A stretch of 64,000 nucleotides of DNA from assembly GCA_040218735.1 (NCBI GenBank), contig JAVJQW010000061.1:128001-192000 (forward strand). Direction: 5' to 3'. The notes beneath the pieces were generated by a model. The model had not been told where the DNA came from. It searched no databases and saw only the letters and a list, made by a program, of their open reading frames with translations. A program made the translations under genes and the position numbers. Origin of the DNA: Deltaproteobacteria bacterium (GTDB lineage Bacteria; Myxococcota; Kuafuiibacteriia; Kuafuiibacteriales; Kuafuiibacteriaceae). Numbering within the stretch: position 1 is the first letter of the stretch; each line of letters begins with the position of its first letter. Below, piece after piece: positions 24,342 to 35,480 of this stretch.

Positions 24342-26150
24342 GTGGGCATCGGCCTGATCGCGCTTCAGCTCGTGGTGATGTCCTCCACGGTGACCGCTTC
24401 CGCCGCGGACGCTGCGTCGAGCACCGTCGCCGACGCGCTCGGGCTCGACGATCTGCCGCTGTCCGAGGAGGACCTCGCGCTGCTCGAGGCCCTCGACACC
24501 GAGACCCCCACCGTCGCCGAGCACCCGCCGTGGTGGCCTCCGCCCGACGGCGCCGTGCGCCGCGTCGCGCGCGTTCGACTGATCGAACCCGTCGCGCGCT
24601 CCATCGCCGAGAGCTTCGAGGCCCTCCCCACTCGCGTAGGCACCGTTCGGTCCGGCCGCCGCGTCTCCGTGCTCGTCGACGGCGTACGGATCGATCCGAT
24701 CCTCCCCGACGCCGGGCGCCTCTGGCTCTCCCGCGACGCGCGCCTCACCTCGAGCGTGGGCCTCTCTGCCTCCGCCGACCTCGCGCGCGATCCGCGAACC
24801 CACGTCGGCGCGATGGACGTCCAGATGTGGCGCCCGTCCAACACCGGCGTCGAAGCGTCGGCGTTCGCGCGGACCGCGGATCGCTCCGCCGGTGCGTTCG
24901 CCGCGGGGGGCGTCGCCGGGGACGCCGGCTACGCGGGGATCGCCGTCTACGGCGCGCGGCAAGGTAGCTTGCGCATTCAGACGATCACCGCGTCCGCCGA
25001 GCTCCCCGCCGCGCAGCAACGCTTCGGCGCCACGGCCCGCGCCGCGCACGCAATCACCGACTGGGCGGCCGTCTCCGCCGGCCTCGACTTCGAGACCGCG
25101 GATCCCGACGGACCACGCGGATACCAGCTCCTCGGGTTCGTCCGCGGCGCCCTCCAGGGCCAACGCGGCGAAGCCGAAGTGCGCTACGCCTACGTCCGCT
25201 ACGACAGCGACGTAGTCCTCCGGAGCGCACGCGTGGATCGCGTGGACGCATCGGGAGCGTTCTTCGTGACGGACCACCTCACCGCGATCGGCGGCGGCGC
25301 GTTGGCGTTCGGGCGCGTGGATCTCTCCTCGCTCCGCCAAGACCAGCTCGAAGGGTTCGTCGGCCTGCGCCTCGACACCGACGCGATCGACGGCGAGCTC
25401 GTCGCGCGCTGGGTCGACGCGACGTCGACCGAGCTCGACGGACGCGAGGTCACCACGTCGGTGCCCCTCTTCGGCGGCCACGTCACCTGGCAGATCGCGG
25501 AGCCGCTCGCGCTGCGCGTGAAGGCGTCGCAGGGCTCGAGTGTGTTGCCGCCCGCCTACGTCGCCGCCGGGTTCGACGACCACGAACGCAGCTTCACCGC
25601 CGAAGTCGGCCCGCTCCTCACGCTCGACAGTCTCTGGCTGTCGGCGCACCTCTTCTCGACCTGGCTCACCGACACCACCGCATTCGATCGCGACGCGGGC
25701 ACCCTCGTCTCACGCGACGGCAGCTGGTACGGCGCCGAAGCCACGGGCGCCTGGTCGATCACCGACGCCCTCTCGATCGCCGGGCTCGTCGCCCTGACCC
25801 GACCCGTCACCGACGGGGACGTTCGCATCGACGGCGTCCCGAGCGTGCGCTGGTTCGGCAGCGTCCGCTACGACATCTGGGCGCACGACCTCTTCTTCTC
25901 CGCCTTCGCCCGCGGCGTGACGACGCCGCTCTTCGACGAGGCCCCCCGCGCGATCATCGACCCGACCCGACTCAACGGTCCTCTCGGCGGCGGGCAACGC
26001 TTCGGTGCGTCCGCCGGCCTCGGCGTCGGCTACGGGCTCACGGTGCGCGCCACGGTGGAGAACGCGCTCGACGAAGTCGTCGTCCACCACGACCGCGTTG
26101 CGCCGGGCTCAGGCGTGGACCTCCGCGTCGCGTTGGACTGGAGCTACTGA
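24342..26150 (+). CDS. Outer-membrane beta-barrel, TonB-dependent-receptor-like
   Basis: Signal peptide; SVLVDGV plug-like motif; amphipathic strands; VENALD and C-terminal DWSY. Confidence 0.65.
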   Translation: MGIGLIALQLVVMSSTVTASAADAASSTVADALGLDDLPLSEEDLALLEALDTETPTVAEHPPWWPPPDGAVRRVARVRLIEPVARSIAESFEALPTRVGTVRSGRRVSVLVDGVRIDPILPDAGRLWLSRDARLTSSVGLSASADLARDPRTHVGAMDVQMWRPSNTGVEASAFARTADRSAGAFAAGGVAGDAGYAGIAVYGARQGSLRIQTITASAELPAAQQRFGATARAAHAITDWAAVSAGLDFETADPDGPRGYQLLGFVRGALQGQRGEAEVRYAYVRYDSDVVLRSARVDRVDASGAFFVTDHLTAIGGGALAFGRVDLSSLRQDQLEGFVGLRLDTDAIDGELVARWVDATSTELDGREVTTSVPLFGGHVTWQIAEPLALRVKASQGSSVLPPAYVAAGFDDHERSFTAEVGPLLTLDSLWLSAHLFSTWLTDTTAFDRDAGTLVSRDGSWYGAEATGAWSITDALSIAGLVALTRPVTDGDVRIDGVPSVRWFGSVRYDIWAHDLFFSAFARGVTTPLFDEAPRAIIDPTRLNGPLGGGQRFGASAGLGVGYGLTVRATVENALDEVVVHHDRVAPGSGVDLRVALDWSY

Positions 26151-26152
26151 CG

Positions 26153-28348
26153 TCACTGCGGCGTCAGCACGAACATCTTCATCGAACGCGGACCGAGCGC
26201 GATCCAATGCGAGAGAGATGCCCCGCTCGTGTGCATCGCCACCACCCCCGCCGTCGACATCTCCGCCACTGAATATACTAAAGCGACCGGGATCTCGAAG
26301 CGATCGAGCTCCATCTGGAGCGTGACGTTCCGCGGGACGTCACTCAGGTTCACCACCAACACGCCGAGCTGCCCACCGGTCGACCAAGCGCGCGCGCGCA
26401 CCACGGGGACGTCCATGCGGAGCGTCAGCGTCGACGTCTGCCGGTAAATCGCGGAGGTCGTGGGGATCGCGCCCGTGAGCGTCACGTCGCGCTGCATTCG
26501 ACCGAGCACGACGAAGTCCGCGAACGCGCGCCGGTACGCAATCGCGTCCGTGAGGAACGCGATCCGGGCCGGATCGGTCTGCGGATTCCACCAGCGCGAG
26601 TTCACGGGCAGCCGACCGATCGCCGAGCCACGCAGCAGGTCGGAGACGAGCGCCGCTTCGAATGTGAAGTCCGTCGGATCGATCGGCGGGTTCGTCGTGC
26701 GTCCGAAGGACGGCAGGTAGTCGCCGTAGATCACCCCCCACAGCGGCACCTCGCCGGGCCACAGGTTGTAGTGGTTGAGACGCACGTCCACGAGGTCCAC
26801 GAACGTCTCCGCGATGGCCTCGCCCGCGAGCGCGGCGTTCGGGTCGACGGCCGCGATCCCCGAACGCATCTGCGCGAGCATGCTGCGCACGTGATCCGCC
26901 GCGTAGGTGCCGCCGCCGGTGGGGTGACCGTGCGTCGAGTCGTGGCACGGCCGGTCGACCTGCCCGCCGAGCTGGTCGAGATACACCCCCGCCGAGTTGC
27001 CTTCGTCCACGAGCGCGACGGCCTGGTTCACGAGCTGCGCCGTCAACGCCGCCGACGTCGCACAGACCTCCACCGACGTCGCCGTGATCGTGTAGTCGGT
27101 CGGGTGCGTCGCATCGCTCTGCAGGTGGACGGTCTCGGTCTGGGTGTACGGCGTTCCGTCCCAGCGCTTCAACGCGAAGCTCTCGATCTGTGGCGTGAAC
27201 GACGGCGCCGCGCGATCCCACGCGATCGTGTTGAGGTACGGGAACGGCTCGGCGTCGACGTTGCGCATGGCCTGCGCGTCCCCCGCGAGCGTGGTCGGGA
27301 TCGGGCGGCCGGGGTCGGTCCACGAGCCCTCTTCGAACCAGTTGTAGTGCTGCACGGCCGAGCGCGTCAGCGGGATCTCGGCGTGCATCGTGGGCAGGTG
27401 CGCCTCCTCCTGCTGCTGCGCCCAGTGGGAATCGAGCCGCACCCACGCGTCCGTCTCGAGCAACCACGCGGGGTAGTCGGTGCGCGTCGCGAGGGGCCCC
27501 TTCGACGTCCACACCTGCTGCACCGCCCACGCACGATAGAGCTGGGCGGCGTCCCACCAGTCGCCGTCGAACGTCTGCAGCACGACCGGGTACGGCTGGA
27601 TGTAGTCGTTGCCGGCGGCGACGGTGTTCTCGGGGACGTGCTGGATGAACGTGCTCACGAACGGGTCCGCGGTGCTGAGGCTCGGGACGTAGAAGAAGCG
27701 TTTGTGGCGCGCGTCGCGATCGTGTGTCGCGAAGTAGAGCCCGCGTCCGGCGTCGTCGATCATCGCGCCGAACTGCATCGGCCCCGGCGCTTCGAGGCCG
27801 GCGTGGGCGCCGAAACCGTAGCCGAGCGGACCTGCGAAGGGGTTGCGTTGGCTGCGCCCGAACGCACGCGACATGACGAGGGTGTGCGCGTCGGCCGGCG
27901 CGCTGCCCGTGGGTCGCAGGCGAACGATCGGGAACCGCACCGCGGTGAGGCTGAGCGTGGTGTCGTTGTCGACTTCGATCCATCCGTGGAGCGCGTCGCC
28001 GACGGTCTGCCAGCGCACCTTCACATCGATGCGACCCTTCACGCCGACCGGCACGCCGCGCCACTCGATCGCGTCGCGCCAGAACCTCGGTGTCACGCCG
28101 GCGTGGGTGCTCGCGACGGTGACCGCGCCGTCGTCGAGCTCGAGCTCCCACAGCGGCGCCGGTCCGGGCTCGTCGACGAACCACGCCATGCGGTTCGAAC
28201 GCACCTGGAGGAGGCCGCCGTTGGCGTCGTGGAGCGTCGTCGTTCGGCCGCGACCGAACGAGGTCCCGAGGACGGCGCTCGTCGTCGAGGACGATGGCGC
28301 GGCGGCGGTGCAGGCGGTGAGGAGCAGGAGCGAAGCAGCGGCGCGCAT
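26153..28348 (-). CDS. Lipoprotein, glycoside-hydrolase-like TIM barrel (DUF6259-like)
   Basis: LLLTAC lipobox from ATG 28348; GDWWDAAQLYRAW, GVYLDQ, CHDSTHGHP and GE...E motifs. Confidence 0.75.
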   Translation of the reverse strand: MRAAASLLLLTACTAAAPSSSTTSAVLGTSFGRGRTTTLHDANGGLLQVRSNRMAWFVDEPGPAPLWELELDDGAVTVASTHAGVTPRFWRDAIEWRGVPVGVKGRIDVKVRWQTVGDALHGWIEVDNDTTLSLTAVRFPIVRLRPTGSAPADAHTLVMSRAFGRSQRNPFAGPLGYGFGAHAGLEAPGPMQFGAMIDDAGRGLYFATHDRDARHKRFFYVPSLSTADPFVSTFIQHVPENTVAAGNDYIQPYPVVLQTFDGDWWDAAQLYRAWAVQQVWTSKGPLATRTDYPAWLLETDAWVRLDSHWAQQQEEAHLPTMHAEIPLTRSAVQHYNWFEEGSWTDPGRPIPTTLAGDAQAMRNVDAEPFPYLNTIAWDRAAPSFTPQIESFALKRWDGTPYTQTETVHLQSDATHPTDYTITATSVEVCATSAALTAQLVNQAVALVDEGNSAGVYLDQLGGQVDRPCHDSTHGHPTGGGTYAADHVRSMLAQMRSGIAAVDPNAALAGEAIAETFVDLVDVRLNHYNLWPGEVPLWGVIYGDYLPSFGRTTNPPIDPTDFTFEAALVSDLLRGSAIGRLPVNSRWWNPQTDPARIAFLTDAIAYRRAFADFVVLGRMQRDVTLTGAIPTTSAIYRQTSTLTLRMDVPVVRARAWSTGGQLGVLVVNLSDVPRNVTLQMELDRFEIPVALVYSVAEMSTAGVVAMHTSGASLSHWIALGPRSMKMFVLTPQ

Positions 28349-28361
28349 GAGCGGCGCATTT

Positions 28362-28377
28362 CGCAAGCGGTGTGCCG
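28362..28377 (-). promoter_or_regulatory. Putative sigma54 (-24/-12) promoter
   Basis: Minus strand CGGCACA-CCGC-TTGCG has the canonical GG-N10-GC spacing, about 14 nt before ATG 28348. Confidence 0.5.
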
Positions 28378-28444
28378 CGCGTGATGGAAGCGAAGGCGCG
28401 CGACGACGACGTCTCGCGTCCGTGCGCGCACGTGCGGGGTGTGC

Positions 28445-31400
28445 TCAGTTCGAGAGGCGGACGTTGTATTCGATCTTGCGACCGGGCGGCGCGTCGAAGC
28501 GCTCGGACCACGACGCGTTGTCGTGTCGCACGCGGAGCAGGTAGCTCCCCTCGTAGATCTCGAGGGCGTCCATCGGCGCCGTGCCGACCTTCTTGCCGTT
28601 GAGCATGATCGTCGCGCCGTCGGGGGCGTTCACGACGAGCGAGCTCGTGCCGAAGGTGATGCGATCCTTGTGCTCGCCGCCCGCGCGGATGCGGTAGCGG
28701 CGGTACACGTTGATGCCCGTGCGTTTGTCCGTGAACCGGAGCTTGTGACGACCGGTCGGCAGCTGCGTCGTGAGCGGCGTGCGACCCAGCGAGTGGGTGT
28801 CGACGAACACGTAGACCCGCGGCTCGGATTCGAGCGTGAGCGTGCCGGTGCGGAGCTTCGGCGGGGCCTCGACGGGCTCGCCGTTTTCGTCGACCGCCTC
28901 CGGGTCCGTCTCGGCCATCGCCGGGGTCTCCGGATCGGCCGGCTCGTCGTCCTCGGGATCGGGGGCAGCGCCTTCCTTGCCCGCGTTTTCGATCGCCGCC
29001 CGCACGAGCTCCTTGGGGAGCTTGTGGCGCTCGGGCGCTTCGTCGAGGCCCTTCGGCGGCTCCTTCGGGAACGCGAAGATGAAGACGAGGATCGCGGCCG
29101 CGACCGCGACGATGATGAACAGCAGGCTGCGCGAGCCGTCGCCCTCGCGTTTGCTGAAGTTGGTGATCGACGAGTCGTCGCGGATCGGCGCCTTCGGCGT
29201 CGCCGCGGGCGCGGGACGAGGCAAGGACGCCGACCCGTTCGCGGAACGACCGACGAAGCTCCCGGGCACGCCGGGCTGCGGCGGCCCTTGCGCCGGCCGC
29301 GGCACGTCGGCCGTCGCGATCATGTGCTGCGGGGTCTGCGACGAGTACACCGGGGGGACCTCGTGCGGCGCCTGCGCGCCCGGCGCGCTGCCCGGCTGGC
29401 CCCACTGCGGCGCGCCCGGTTGGCCCGGGTGCGTGCCCGGCTGGCCCCACTGCGGCGCGCCCGGCTGACCGGGGTGCGTGCCCGGCTGGCCCCACTGCGG
29501 AGCGCCCGGCTGACCGGGGTGGGTCCCCGGCTGCCCCCACTGCGGCGCCACGCCCGGCGCGCTGCCCGGCTGGCCCCACTGCGGCGCGCCCGGCTGAGGC
29601 TGCGGCGCCTGGGGGTGGACGCCCGGCTGCGTGCCCGGCTGGCCCCACTGCGGCCCGGCCCACTGCGGCGCGCCCGGCTGCGCCTGAGGCGGAACGACCT
29701 GCGGTGCGACCGGCACCCCGGGGGCGCTCGACGGCGCCTGCGGATGCGCGGGCATCGGCGCCGGCGACGGAACGCCGGGAGAAGGCGCCTGCGCCTGCGC
29801 CGCGGCGGGCGCCGGCGGACCGGCCACGGGGGTCGCGGCCGTCGGCACCGGACCGGCCATCGGCGGGGAAGTCGGTGCCACCGGCGCTTGGCCGGCCATC
29901 GGCGCGTGTGCGGAGCTCGGCGAGGACGTCGGCGCCTGCGCGGTGCCGGCCATCGGGACCTGCCCGGCCGGCGCCTGGCCATCCAGCGGCGAGCTCGGCG
30001 AAGTCGTCGGCGCCTGCGCGGAGTCGGCCAGCGGCGACTGCGCGGCGATCGGCGAGGACGTCGGGGCCTGCCCGGCGGGCGCCTGGCCAGCCGGCGGCGA
30101 GCTCGACGAGGACGGATCGACCGGGATCGCGGCGCTCGGCGTCTGCACCGTCGGCGCCGCGAGCTCGGCGGGATCCGCCGCGACGTGGGTGTCGGTCGGC
30201 GCGCGGTCCGGCGCGCCCGGGGCCGCGAGATCCGCGGCGGCGTCGATCGCTTCGCGCACGCCCTTCGACACCACGGCCGGCGACGGCAGCGCGTCGGGCG
30301 ACTCGGTCACCTGCGTGTCCCAGCCCTGCGCCTCCCCGCCCGGGAAGGCCGGCAGCGCGGCCGGCGCGGAGAACGCCGCGGGGTCGAGCGGCGCTGAAGG
30401 ATCCGGATCGACCTCGAGGTCCCCCGTCGGCGCGGCCTGCGCCTGCGTGGGCTCGTCTTCGTCCATGCCCACCGGCACCGGGCTCGGCGCGAGGCGCGAA
30501 GCGACGGCGGCCGGATCCTCGACCACCGTGACCTCTTCGCGCGGAAGCGGCTCGCGCAGCCCACCGGTCACGGGGCCGGGTCGCGACGCCTCGAACAGGT
30601 CGGCGTCCACGCCCTCGGGCGCTTCGTCCGGGCGCGACAGCACGGTCACGGTGTCCGGATCGTCGGCGGAGTCGAGCAGCTCGCGTCGGCTCTTTCGTTC
30701 GGGCGCGGACGGCGGAATCAGGCCGCCCACCAGCGAGGCGACGTCCTCGTGCGACGGCATCTCCACGCCGTCGTCCGCGAGCGCCTTCTCGATCGCCTCG
30801 CGCATGATGTCGACGGTGTCGAAGCGGTCGACGCCGCGCTTCGCCATGGCGGTCGCGGCGATGTTCCCGAGCCGGCCCGCGAGCCCCGTGGCCTCCAGCA
30901 GCGGCGGATCTCCGGTGAGCACCGCGCGCTCGACGTCGCTCGCACCCGCGTAGGGCGCGTGGCCCGCGACCAGCTCGTAGAGCACGGCGCCGATCGCGTA
31001 CACGTCACTCGCCGGGCTCGCGGTGGCCTTGCCCCCGATGATCTGCTCCGGCGCGAAGTACACGAACTTGTCCGCCGCGGGTGTGCCGTGCTGCGTCGGC
31101 GCGAGCACCGAGGCACCGTAGCCGGTGACCATCGCCTCGCCCCTGAACGTGATGAGGATGGTGTCGGGCCGGACGCCCCCGTGCACGATCGGCCGCCCCG
31201 CGTAGCGCGACTGCCCCTCCTCGTGCGCGTGGTGCACGCCCTGGCAGATGTCGACGATGATGCGCGCCGCGATCCGCGGATCGATCGGCCTAAACTCCTC
31301 GCGCGCCCGGGAGAGCACCTTCGCGAGCGGCTCCGCGTCGGCGAAGTCGACGATGCGCGCCCAGCCTTCGTCGAAACACTCCAACCCGTGGACCCGGATG

Positions 31401-31615
31401 ATGTTCGGATGCCGAAGCTGGGTGACGAACGCGGTCTCGCGCTGGAGACGCGCGACGGCTTTGGGGTCGCTGGTGACGTCGTCCGGCAACCAGACGACCA
31501 CGACCGGACGGTCCCGCCGCGGCACGCCCGCCACGACCTCACATCCGAGGAAGGCGCGGGACTGGGCACCGGAGAGGAGCGGCCCGAAGACCGCGTATTG
31601 CCTGGCTTCCGGCAT
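28445..31615 (-). CDS. Transmembrane Ser/Thr pseudokinase with Pro/Gln/Gly-rich linker and C-terminal PEGA domains
   Basis: LRHPNII, YFAPEQ and SDVYAIG are retained, but the catalytic motifs are altered ([16 protein letters not shown]); one TM; LGRTPL and VGTAPM PEGA motifs. Confidence 0.85.
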   Translation of the reverse strand: MPEARQYAVFGPLLSGAQSRAFLGCEVVAGVPRRDRPVVVVWLPDDVTSDPKAVARLQRETAFVTQLRHPNIIRVHGLECFDEGWARIVDFADAEPLAKVLSRAREEFRPIDPRIAARIIVDICQGVHHAHEEGQSRYAGRPIVHGGVRPDTILITFRGEAMVTGYGASVLAPTQHGTPAADKFVYFAPEQIIGGKATASPASDVYAIGAVLYELVAGHAPYAGASDVERAVLTGDPPLLEATGLAGRLGNIAATAMAKRGVDRFDTVDIMREAIEKALADDGVEMPSHEDVASLVGGLIPPSAPERKSRRELLDSADDPDTVTVLSRPDEAPEGVDADLFEASRPGPVTGGLREPLPREEVTVVEDPAAVASRLAPSPVPVGMDEDEPTQAQAAPTGDLEVDPDPSAPLDPAAFSAPAALPAFPGGEAQGWDTQVTESPDALPSPAVVSKGVREAIDAAADLAAPGAPDRAPTDTHVAADPAELAAPTVQTPSAAIPVDPSSSSSPPAGQAPAGQAPTSSPIAAQSPLADSAQAPTTSPSSPLDGQAPAGQVPMAGTAQAPTSSPSSAHAPMAGQAPVAPTSPPMAGPVPTAATPVAGPPAPAAAQAQAPSPGVPSPAPMPAHPQAPSSAPGVPVAPQVVPPQAQPGAPQWAGPQWGQPGTQPGVHPQAPQPQPGAPQWGQPGSAPGVAPQWGQPGTHPGQPGAPQWGQPGTHPGQPGAPQWGQPGTHPGQPGAPQWGQPGSAPGAQAPHEVPPVYSSQTPQHMIATADVPRPAQGPPQPGVPGSFVGRSANGSASLPRPAPAATPKAPIRDDSSITNFSKREGDGSRSLLFIIVAVAAAILVFIFAFPKEPPKGLDEAPERHKLPKELVRAAIENAGKEGAAPDPEDDEPADPETPAMAETDPEAVDENGEPVEAPPKLRTGTLTLESEPRVYVFVDTHSLGRTPLTTQLPTGRHKLRFTDKRTGINVYRRYRIRAGGEHKDRITFGTSSLVVNAPDGATIMLNGKKVGTAPMDALEIYEGSYLLRVRHDNASWSERFDAPPGRKIEYNVRLSN
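29380..29685 (-). repeat. Coding tandem repeat (about 45-bp unit) encoding PQWGQPG(T/S) motifs
   Basis: Six PQWGQ copies, including three tandem [15 protein letters not shown] units. Confidence 0.85.
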
Positions 31616-31737
31616 TACTCTGACTTGCTTATCCGAGATACGGCACAAAACGGCAAGATTTTGGGCGGATCCCCATGCGCGCGCGCACGCAGGACAGCCT
31701 CGCCAAGTTGTGCGGTAGAGTCCCGTCCAACGTGACG

Positions 31738-32259
31738 ATGGAGAACGCCCACCGAATCAGCCTCACGCTCCTGCTCGCCGGCCTGACGGTCGCCTGCGGG
31801 GGATCCGCGAAACAAGCACCGCCGCCTCCACCGCCGGCCGCCGCACGCCCGGCGCCGCCGAGCGGGCCGACGCGGACCGACTTCAAGACCATCGCGAAGC
31901 TGCTGATGAAGCGCTGTGTCGCGGGCGGGTGGATCAACGAGTGGCGCTCCGAGCAGCCCGACATCGACACACCTCGGCCGAAGATCCACGTCCGCGACTT
32001 CGAGGACAAGACCGGCCAGGACCTCGACCCCGAGTACCTCAACACCGTCCTCGAGCAGCGGATGCGCCTCTCCGGCGTCTACGATCTCGTCAGCAGCGAC
32101 GACGACGCCGACTTCATCGGACGCGGCGTCCTCATGCGCCTCGCGGAGCGACGCGGCGACGACCGCGTGAGCGTCTACACCGCGATCCTCAACCTCGTGG
32201 AGCCCGGCTCCGACGACGTGAAGTACAGCTGCGAAGCCACCGTCCGTGGCGAGATGTAG
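31738..32259 (+). CDS. Lipoprotein, LpoB/CsgG-like
   Basis: LTVAC lipobox, Pro-rich linker, [11 protein letters not shown] and ADFIGRG motifs. Confidence 0.65.
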   Translation: MENAHRISLTLLLAGLTVACGGSAKQAPPPPPPAAARPAPPSGPTRTDFKTIAKLLMKRCVAGGWINEWRSEQPDIDTPRPKIHVRDFEDKTGQDLDPEYLNTVLEQRMRLSGVYDLVSSDDDADFIGRGVLMRLAERRGDDRVSVYTAILNLVEPGSDDVKYSCEATVRGEM

Positions 32260-32273
32260 CGGCGAGACGTAGC

Positions 32274-33137
32274 TCAGTCCGCGGCCCAGCGGGCGACGAG
32301 TTTGTCGAAGGTCGCGTCCATCGGCAGGCCGTACGGAGCGTCCTGACCGCAGGGCAGCTGCGGCGAGAACGCGACGGTCGGCGGAGAGATCGGCGCGGCC
32401 ATCATGATGACGAGCGCTTCGGCCGTCGGGACGTCGACCGTGTCGCAGCCACACGCCTTCACCCCCGCGACGACCGCGCGCCGCAGATAACTCATCCGCT
32501 CCGCCGGCGGCGCGACGTTCACCGCGCCGACCGCGCTCACCAACGCGTCGCACCCCTTCACCGCCTGCATGAACCGGCCGGAGAGCACCTCCGCGCGGCC
32601 GCCCGGCTCCTTGCGCTGCATGACGGTGGTGACGAGCTCCCGGATGCTCTCCGGCGGCGGCGGCGGCTCGTACGGGGTGTAGGTCACCTTCGGGTTCTTG
32701 ACGACGACGTGCACGGCGCGCTGCTCGGCGAGCTTGCACATGAACGGCAGCGCGACCTCGAGCGGCGTCCTGCGGTCGACGCGCAGGTACGCGGGGGCGT
32801 TGGTCTTGCCGATCATCTTCTCGACGACGCGGATCTTGTCGGCCTGGTCGTCGAACGCCTTCAGGCCGTCCTGCACCAGCACCCCTTCGACGCCGAGCTT
32901 CGTCCCCTTGATGTCGATGATGATCCCGCGCGAGCGCACGACCTCGCCGAGCTCCGCCGTCGGCGGGTCGGAGGTGATCGGCGACAGCCCGAAGCCGACG
33001 TGTGTGGGGATCGCGGCGAGGCGCTCTTCGAGGAGCTTCGTCCGCTGCGCGCAGGCGTCGGCCTTCTTCTTCGCCGACGCGGTCGACGCGGCGGTGAGGC
33101 AGGCGAGCGCGCAAAGACACGGCAGGACGATGCGCAT
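32274..33137 (-). CDS. Secreted Cys-containing hypothetical protein (ExbD-like segment possible)
   Basis: Signal peptide from ATG 33137; YLRVDRRTP resembles the ExbD periplasmic motif; several Cys. Confidence 0.6.
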   Translation of the reverse strand: MRIVLPCLCALACLTAASTASAKKKADACAQRTKLLEERLAAIPTHVGFGLSPITSDPPTAELGEVVRSRGIIIDIKGTKLGVEGVLVQDGLKAFDDQADKIRVVEKMIGKTNAPAYLRVDRRTPLEVALPFMCKLAEQRAVHVVVKNPKVTYTPYEPPPPPESIRELVTTVMQRKEPGGRAEVLSGRFMQAVKGCDALVSAVGAVNVAPPAERMSYLRRAVVAGVKACGCDTVDVPTAEALVIMMAAPISPPTVAFSPQLPCGQDAPYGLPMDATFDKLVARWAAD

Positions 33138-33199
33138 GGCGAGTCGAGTCAACACGGCTTGGGACCCAGGAGCAAGGACGCCCGAGGGCGCCGCGATCT

Positions 33200-34807
33200 T
33201 CAACCGGTCGACGATCTTCGACCGATCGAGAACGGGACGCCGATCTCGAGGTGCGCGGCCTCGACGCCCAGATCGGGATCGGCCTCGAGCAACGCGGCGA
33301 ACGCGGCGTGCGAGCCGACGTCGGAGTACGCGGTCGCGATGTAACTCGCGCCGCCGGCGGCGTACCCAAAGGCGCGGCGCGGCTTCATGCGGGCGACGCT
33401 GGCGCGGGCCTGTTCGGGACCCGCGCAGTGACGCACCCACTCGTTGCGCATCACGTGGGGGATCCAATCTTCGTAGAAGTTTCCGTACCCGAGGTCGCGC
33501 GGCATCACGTACGCCTCGGCGCACCCGCTCACGCCCATGAACGCGAAGTCGACGCCCTCGCCGGCGAGGCGATCGTAGACCTCGGGCATCTCGGCGGAGT
33601 CCGCGGACAGGTACACCGCGTGCCCGCCGCCGGTGCGCGCGAGGTAGGTGAGCTTGGCGAGGTCGAGGCCCCACGACTCGCCGACGAACGGGACGCCGGT
33701 GACGACGACGTCGCCGACGGTGGTCGAGACCCACGGGTCGAGCTCCTCGACGTCGGTGAACCCGAGCACCCGAACGATGCCGAGGGTGTCGACCTGGTAG
33801 GGCGGCGGCTCGCGACCGGTACGCGGGACGATCACGCGGGTGTCGGTGGGGATCATCGCGAGGGAGTTGGGGTTGAGGTGATCGTTGTCGGGGTGCGTGA
33901 TGACGACGGCATCGATCCGCGGGAGCTGGCGCGGGTCGAGCTTGGGCGCGGACAGGTGCGGCTCGCCGGGGACGCTCGCGGAGAAGAACAGCGGGTCGAA
34001 GAGCACGTTGGTCGTCGGTGTCTGCAGGAGGACGGCGGCGTGGCCGAGCCAGGTGACGCGGTCCTCGGTGACGTCCTCGAACCGACCGTCGCGCTCGGGC
34101 GCCGGTTCGAGGAGCGCGAAGCGATCCATCATCGCGAGCAGCTTCTTCGCGGTGCCGCGGTGGCGTTTGTCGAAGGTGTCGACGATCTGGTCCGCGGTGG
34201 AGCGACCGTCGAGACGCGCGACGACGTCGCGGAGCACGCCGCCGATCGTGTCGTCGGCGAGCATGTTCACCGCGTAGACCTCGTGCCCGCGTTCGAGGCA
34301 CGCGAAGCGAAAACCCACGGCGTCCGCGCCAACGAGGTCACGGCCGCGCGGCATGAAGGGCATGGGCGCGATCTGGACAGCGGTCTCGACGGCGAGCGTC
34401 GGCCAGGCCGAGCGCATCCGCGCGATCCTCGCGCCCTCCGCGATGACGTTCGTGCGACCGGTGAGCGGCGCGTCGGGACGCTCGCGCGCGAAGAACAACA
34501 GGTCGTCCTCGACGAGGCGCCAGAGTTTGTCGGCGCCGACCTCGCACGCCTCGGCGGTGCGCCAATCCGTGAGGCCGGCGACGAGCGCGGCGTCGTCGAG
34601 GCGCAGCGTGGTGAACGCACCGCCGAAGCGACCGAGCTCCGCCTCCGCCCACGACTGATCGAGACGCAGCCGCACCTCGATCCCAGCGGCGCGTCTGTAC
34701 CAGAGTCGATTCGGATCGGGACGATCCGCCGCGGGGATCCGGGACGTACGCTCGACGAGCTCACGCATCGGGCCGAGCTTCTTCTCGAGCAGGTCCTTGA
34801 ATCCCAT
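33200..34807 (-). CDS. MBL-fold metallo-enzyme with long N-terminal extension (CmlA-like)
   Basis: TWLGHA, LFDP, THPDNDH, PFVGE and SADS motifs. Confidence 0.8.
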   Translation of the reverse strand: MGFKDLLEKKLGPMRELVERTSRIPAADRPDPNRLWYRRAAGIEVRLRLDQSWAEAELGRFGGAFTTLRLDDAALVAGLTDWRTAEACEVGADKLWRLVEDDLLFFARERPDAPLTGRTNVIAEGARIARMRSAWPTLAVETAVQIAPMPFMPRGRDLVGADAVGFRFACLERGHEVYAVNMLADDTIGGVLRDVVARLDGRSTADQIVDTFDKRHRGTAKKLLAMMDRFALLEPAPERDGRFEDVTEDRVTWLGHAAVLLQTPTTNVLFDPLFFSASVPGEPHLSAPKLDPRQLPRIDAVVITHPDNDHLNPNSLAMIPTDTRVIVPRTGREPPPYQVDTLGIVRVLGFTDVEELDPWVSTTVGDVVVTGVPFVGESWGLDLAKLTYLARTGGGHAVYLSADSAEMPEVYDRLAGEGVDFAFMGVSGCAEAYVMPRDLGYGNFYEDWIPHVMRNEWVRHCAGPEQARASVARMKPRRAFGYAAGGASYIATAYSDVGSHAAFAALLEADPDLGVEAAHLEIGVPFSIGRRSSTG

Positions 34808-34874
34808 GGGCGGTCCGAAAACTGCCTATCACGGCCGGTTCGTGTTAACCGTGCTCATCTGGAGGGAATGGTCG

Positions 34875-35405
34875 ATGACGGATGACCATCGCACCGTACA
34901 CGCGCAGCAAGCCTTCGAGTTCGGCGATGTGTTCGGCTACAAATTCAACCCTCTGAGCTTCGGCTCGTCGGTGAAACGACGCCTCACCCTCTCCGAGCCG
35001 GACGGCCTCTCGACCGCGGGCGGACGCCAGTCCCGCCAGTCGCTCGTGCTGATCCCCGAGGACGACGAGTCCGCGGGCAACGTCGTCATCGGCTTCATCG
35101 ACACCGTCCACAAAAACGCCGAAGTGCGGTCGTTCAACGCGGTCTCCCAGCAGTTCAGCGCGCGCTACGGGCGCAAGTTCGACCTCGAGCGGGAAGCGTT
35201 CGACCTCCTCCTCGCGGAGCTCGGCGGCTTCCTCAAGATCCAGAAGATCGACTACCAGGTCATCGAAGCCGCCCACATCCCCAAGAAACCCGCGCCCCCG
35301 CCCGAGCCCGTCGCGCCCGCGAACGCCAACCTCGGCGCCCTCCTCGGGATGCTCGCTCTCGGCATCCTCATCGGCTTCGGCTTCGGCTGGCTCGTGTTCA
35401 GCTAG
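34875..35405 (+). CDS. Hypothetical protein with C-terminal TM helix
   Basis: GGAGG upstream of ATG 34875; Pro-rich linker followed by a hydrophobic tail. Confidence 0.7.
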   Translation: MTDDHRTVHAQQAFEFGDVFGYKFNPLSFGSSVKRRLTLSEPDGLSTAGGRQSRQSLVLIPEDDESAGNVVIGFIDTVHKNAEVRSFNAVSQQFSARYGRKFDLEREAFDLLLAELGGFLKIQKIDYQVIEAAHIPKKPAPPPEPVAPANANLGALLGMLALGILIGFGFGWLVFS

Positions 35406-35480
35406 GCGACAACACCGGGGATCCGATCTAGCTATCTGGCCACAATCTAGACAAATCCTCGGATCAGGCCGATGTAATCC

